Of a stretch of 64,000 bases of DNA, positions 62,769 through 64,000 are shown piece after piece; position 1 is the first letter of the stretch; each line of letters opens with the position of its first letter. Origin of the DNA: Anaerolineales bacterium. GTDB lineage: Bacteria; Chloroflexota; Anaerolineae; Anaerolineales; UBA11858. A program made the translations under genes and the position numbers. Location of the stretch: contig JBARSF010000058.1 in the NCBI GenBank assembly GCA_049644605.1, positions 217,883 to 281,882 on the forward strand, written 5' to 3'. A model generated the notes under the pieces. It was not told where the DNA came from, did not search any database, and worked only from the letters and a program-made list of their open reading frames with translations.

Positions 62769-64000
62769 ATGATCAAACTTGAAAAGCGCAAGGCCAGCAT
62801 CCAACCTATAAAGTCTAAATTAAAAATCAGTATTTTGGATGATCAAGAAATCAGCCAGATCAACCAGAACACCCGCGCTGTATTGGACGAAGTCGGAGTT
62901 AAATTTCCATCTGAGAAAGCACTGAAGATCTTTTCCGAAGTAGGCGCTGTAGTTGATTTTAACTCCCAAGTTGTTAAGATTCCAGCTGATTTACTGGATA
63001 AATATCTAAAAACATCACCCCGTACCTACACCATGGCAGGCCTCCGGCCTGATCTTGATGTTCATGTTGGCAGCGGCAAGGGCACCTATTTCTACTGCAG
63101 CGGCGAAGCCCCAAAAATTGTCGATTTTAATACCGGGGAGCGCCGCTTATCAGTTAAAGAGGATACTGCGAACCATGCCCGGATTGCCGATTATTTACCC
63201 ATCATCTCGCTGTTATGGCCATCAGTTAGCTCCAGTGATAAAAATGTGACTTCCCCACTCCACGGCCTGGAGGCTTGCTACAACAGTACGGAAAAACACG
63301 TGGAGTCTGAATCGGTGATGGATGAAGTTTCAGCCCGCTACGCTGTTGAAATGGCAATCGCCATCGCTGGAAGCGAGGAGAATCTGCGCGAGCGACCAAT
63401 ACTCTCACAGCTACTTTGCTGCATAGCTCCTCTGGCGCAGGACAAAGGGGGGATCGAAGCGGCAATGGTCTTTGCTGAGTATGGCATCCCGGTTGGATTA
63501 ATGTCAATGCCCACGCTGGGTTTAACAGCTCCACCACACGCGGCGGGATCCCTCACGATGGCAATGGCAGAAACCCTGAGCGGCATCATGCTCCTGCAGA
63601 TAATAAATCCAGGTGTAGGAAATTATATATCTGTTAATCCCGGGATTATTGATCCGCGAACGGGGGTCTATTTTATGGGATCTACCATCGCCCAACTTAC
63701 TAATGTTGCCGGGATTCAGCTGTCACACTCAAATGGAATCCCAGTGCTTGCCTGCCATTCCTTTGGAGGAAGTCAATATGAACTTGGCAACTGGCAAATT
63801 GGTTATGAGAACATCTTCTCCCACTTTCTGGGAGTCATGGCCGGGGCTGATATGTCCTTTGGTCCCAGCGGCATGTATGAAGCTGTCAGCCTGCTTGATC
63901 ACCAGCGTATTTTGTTTGACCGCGAAATCCTCCAAGTGATCGACAAGATTACCGATGGGATTGATGTCAACTCTAAAACTCTATCTTTTGATATGATCAA
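62769..64000 (+). CDS. MttB-family (trimethylamine-type) corrinoid methyltransferase, non-pyrrolysine; 3' end outside window
   Basis: Not in the supplied track (no stop in window). My translation from ATG 62769 (RBS GGAGA) is open for 410 codons. It reads MIKLEKRKASIQPIKSKLKISILDDQEISQINQNTRAVLDEVGVKFPSEKALKIFSEVGAVVDF... Confidence 0.85.
   Translation, partial: MIKLEKRKASIQPIKSKLKISILDDQEISQINQNTRAVLDEVGVKFPSEKALKIFSEVGAVVDFNSQVVKIPADLLDKYLKTSPRTYTMAGLRPDLDVHVGSGKGTYFYCSGEAPKIVDFNTGERRLSVKEDTANHARIADYLPIISLLWPSVSSSDKNVTSPLHGLEACYNSTEKHVESESVMDEVSARYAVEMAIAIAGSEENLRERPILSQLLCCIAPLAQDKGGIEAAMVFAEYGIPVGLMSMPTLGLTAPPHAAGSLTMAMAETLSGIMLLQIINPGVGNYISVNPGIIDPRTGVYFMGSTIAQLTNVAGIQLSHSNGIPVLACHSFGGSQYELGNWQIGYENIFSHFLGVMAGADMSFGPSGMYEAVSLLDHQRILFDREILQVIDKITDGIDVNSKTLSFDMI

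Noticed and set aside
62769-64000. An in-frame amber (pyrrolysine) codon in the MttB-family gene.
   Set aside because: No TAG occurs in frame in the 410 visible codons, which should include the region aligned with the Pyl position of MttB.

Overview
This 64-kb bacterial chromosomal window is moderately AT-rich. Gene content (lipoproteins with Pro/Thr-rich linkers, a fused cytochrome c/b bc-type complex, several CPBP proteases) suggests a Chloroflexota/Anaerolineae-like organism, but that is inference only. It has three parts.

(1) nt 1 to ~10.2 kb (possibly 11.2 kb). Short, functionally unrelated ORFs are each followed by a same-orientation, GC-rich, imperfectly palindromic 70-185 bp repeat. 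The repeat starts with an RYYYAAC-like heptamer and ends with a GTTRRRY-like heptamer. I read this as an integron-type gene-cassette array with attC sites. It has about 13 cassettes, two of them inverted with their own promoters, plus several decay scars. No integrase lies in the window and the array runs off the left edge.

(2) 11-42 kb holds mixed accessory and housekeeping genes:
- a WD40 lipoprotein and several methyltransferases
- a CPBP/membrane-protein cluster
- msrB-msrA-arsM-cat-bfr stress/detoxification genes
- a PadR-TsaA-like operon
- a Rieske/cytochrome b/dihaem cytochrome c operon
- an ECF sigma/anti-sigma pair
- a sulfotransferase plus alkaline-phosphatase-superfamily cluster

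(3) 42.6-64 kb is a ~21-kb co-directional catabolic supra-operon:
- TetR regulator and a peptide-type ABC importer with a fused permease
- a 4-hydroxybutyryl-CoA-dehydratase-family enzyme, an SDR and a beta-lactamase-fold hydrolase
- thiolase, acyl-CoA dehydrogenase and EtfBA
- an ADP-forming acyl-CoA synthetase, an Fe-S protein and a class-III aminotransferase
- a corrinoid protein and an MttB-family methyltransferase with no amber codon; this ORF is open to the window end and absent from the supplied ORF track

No rRNA, tRNA or CRISPR was recognised. All calls come from reading the sequence by eye. attC boundaries are good to a few bp, and all functions are motif-level inferences.
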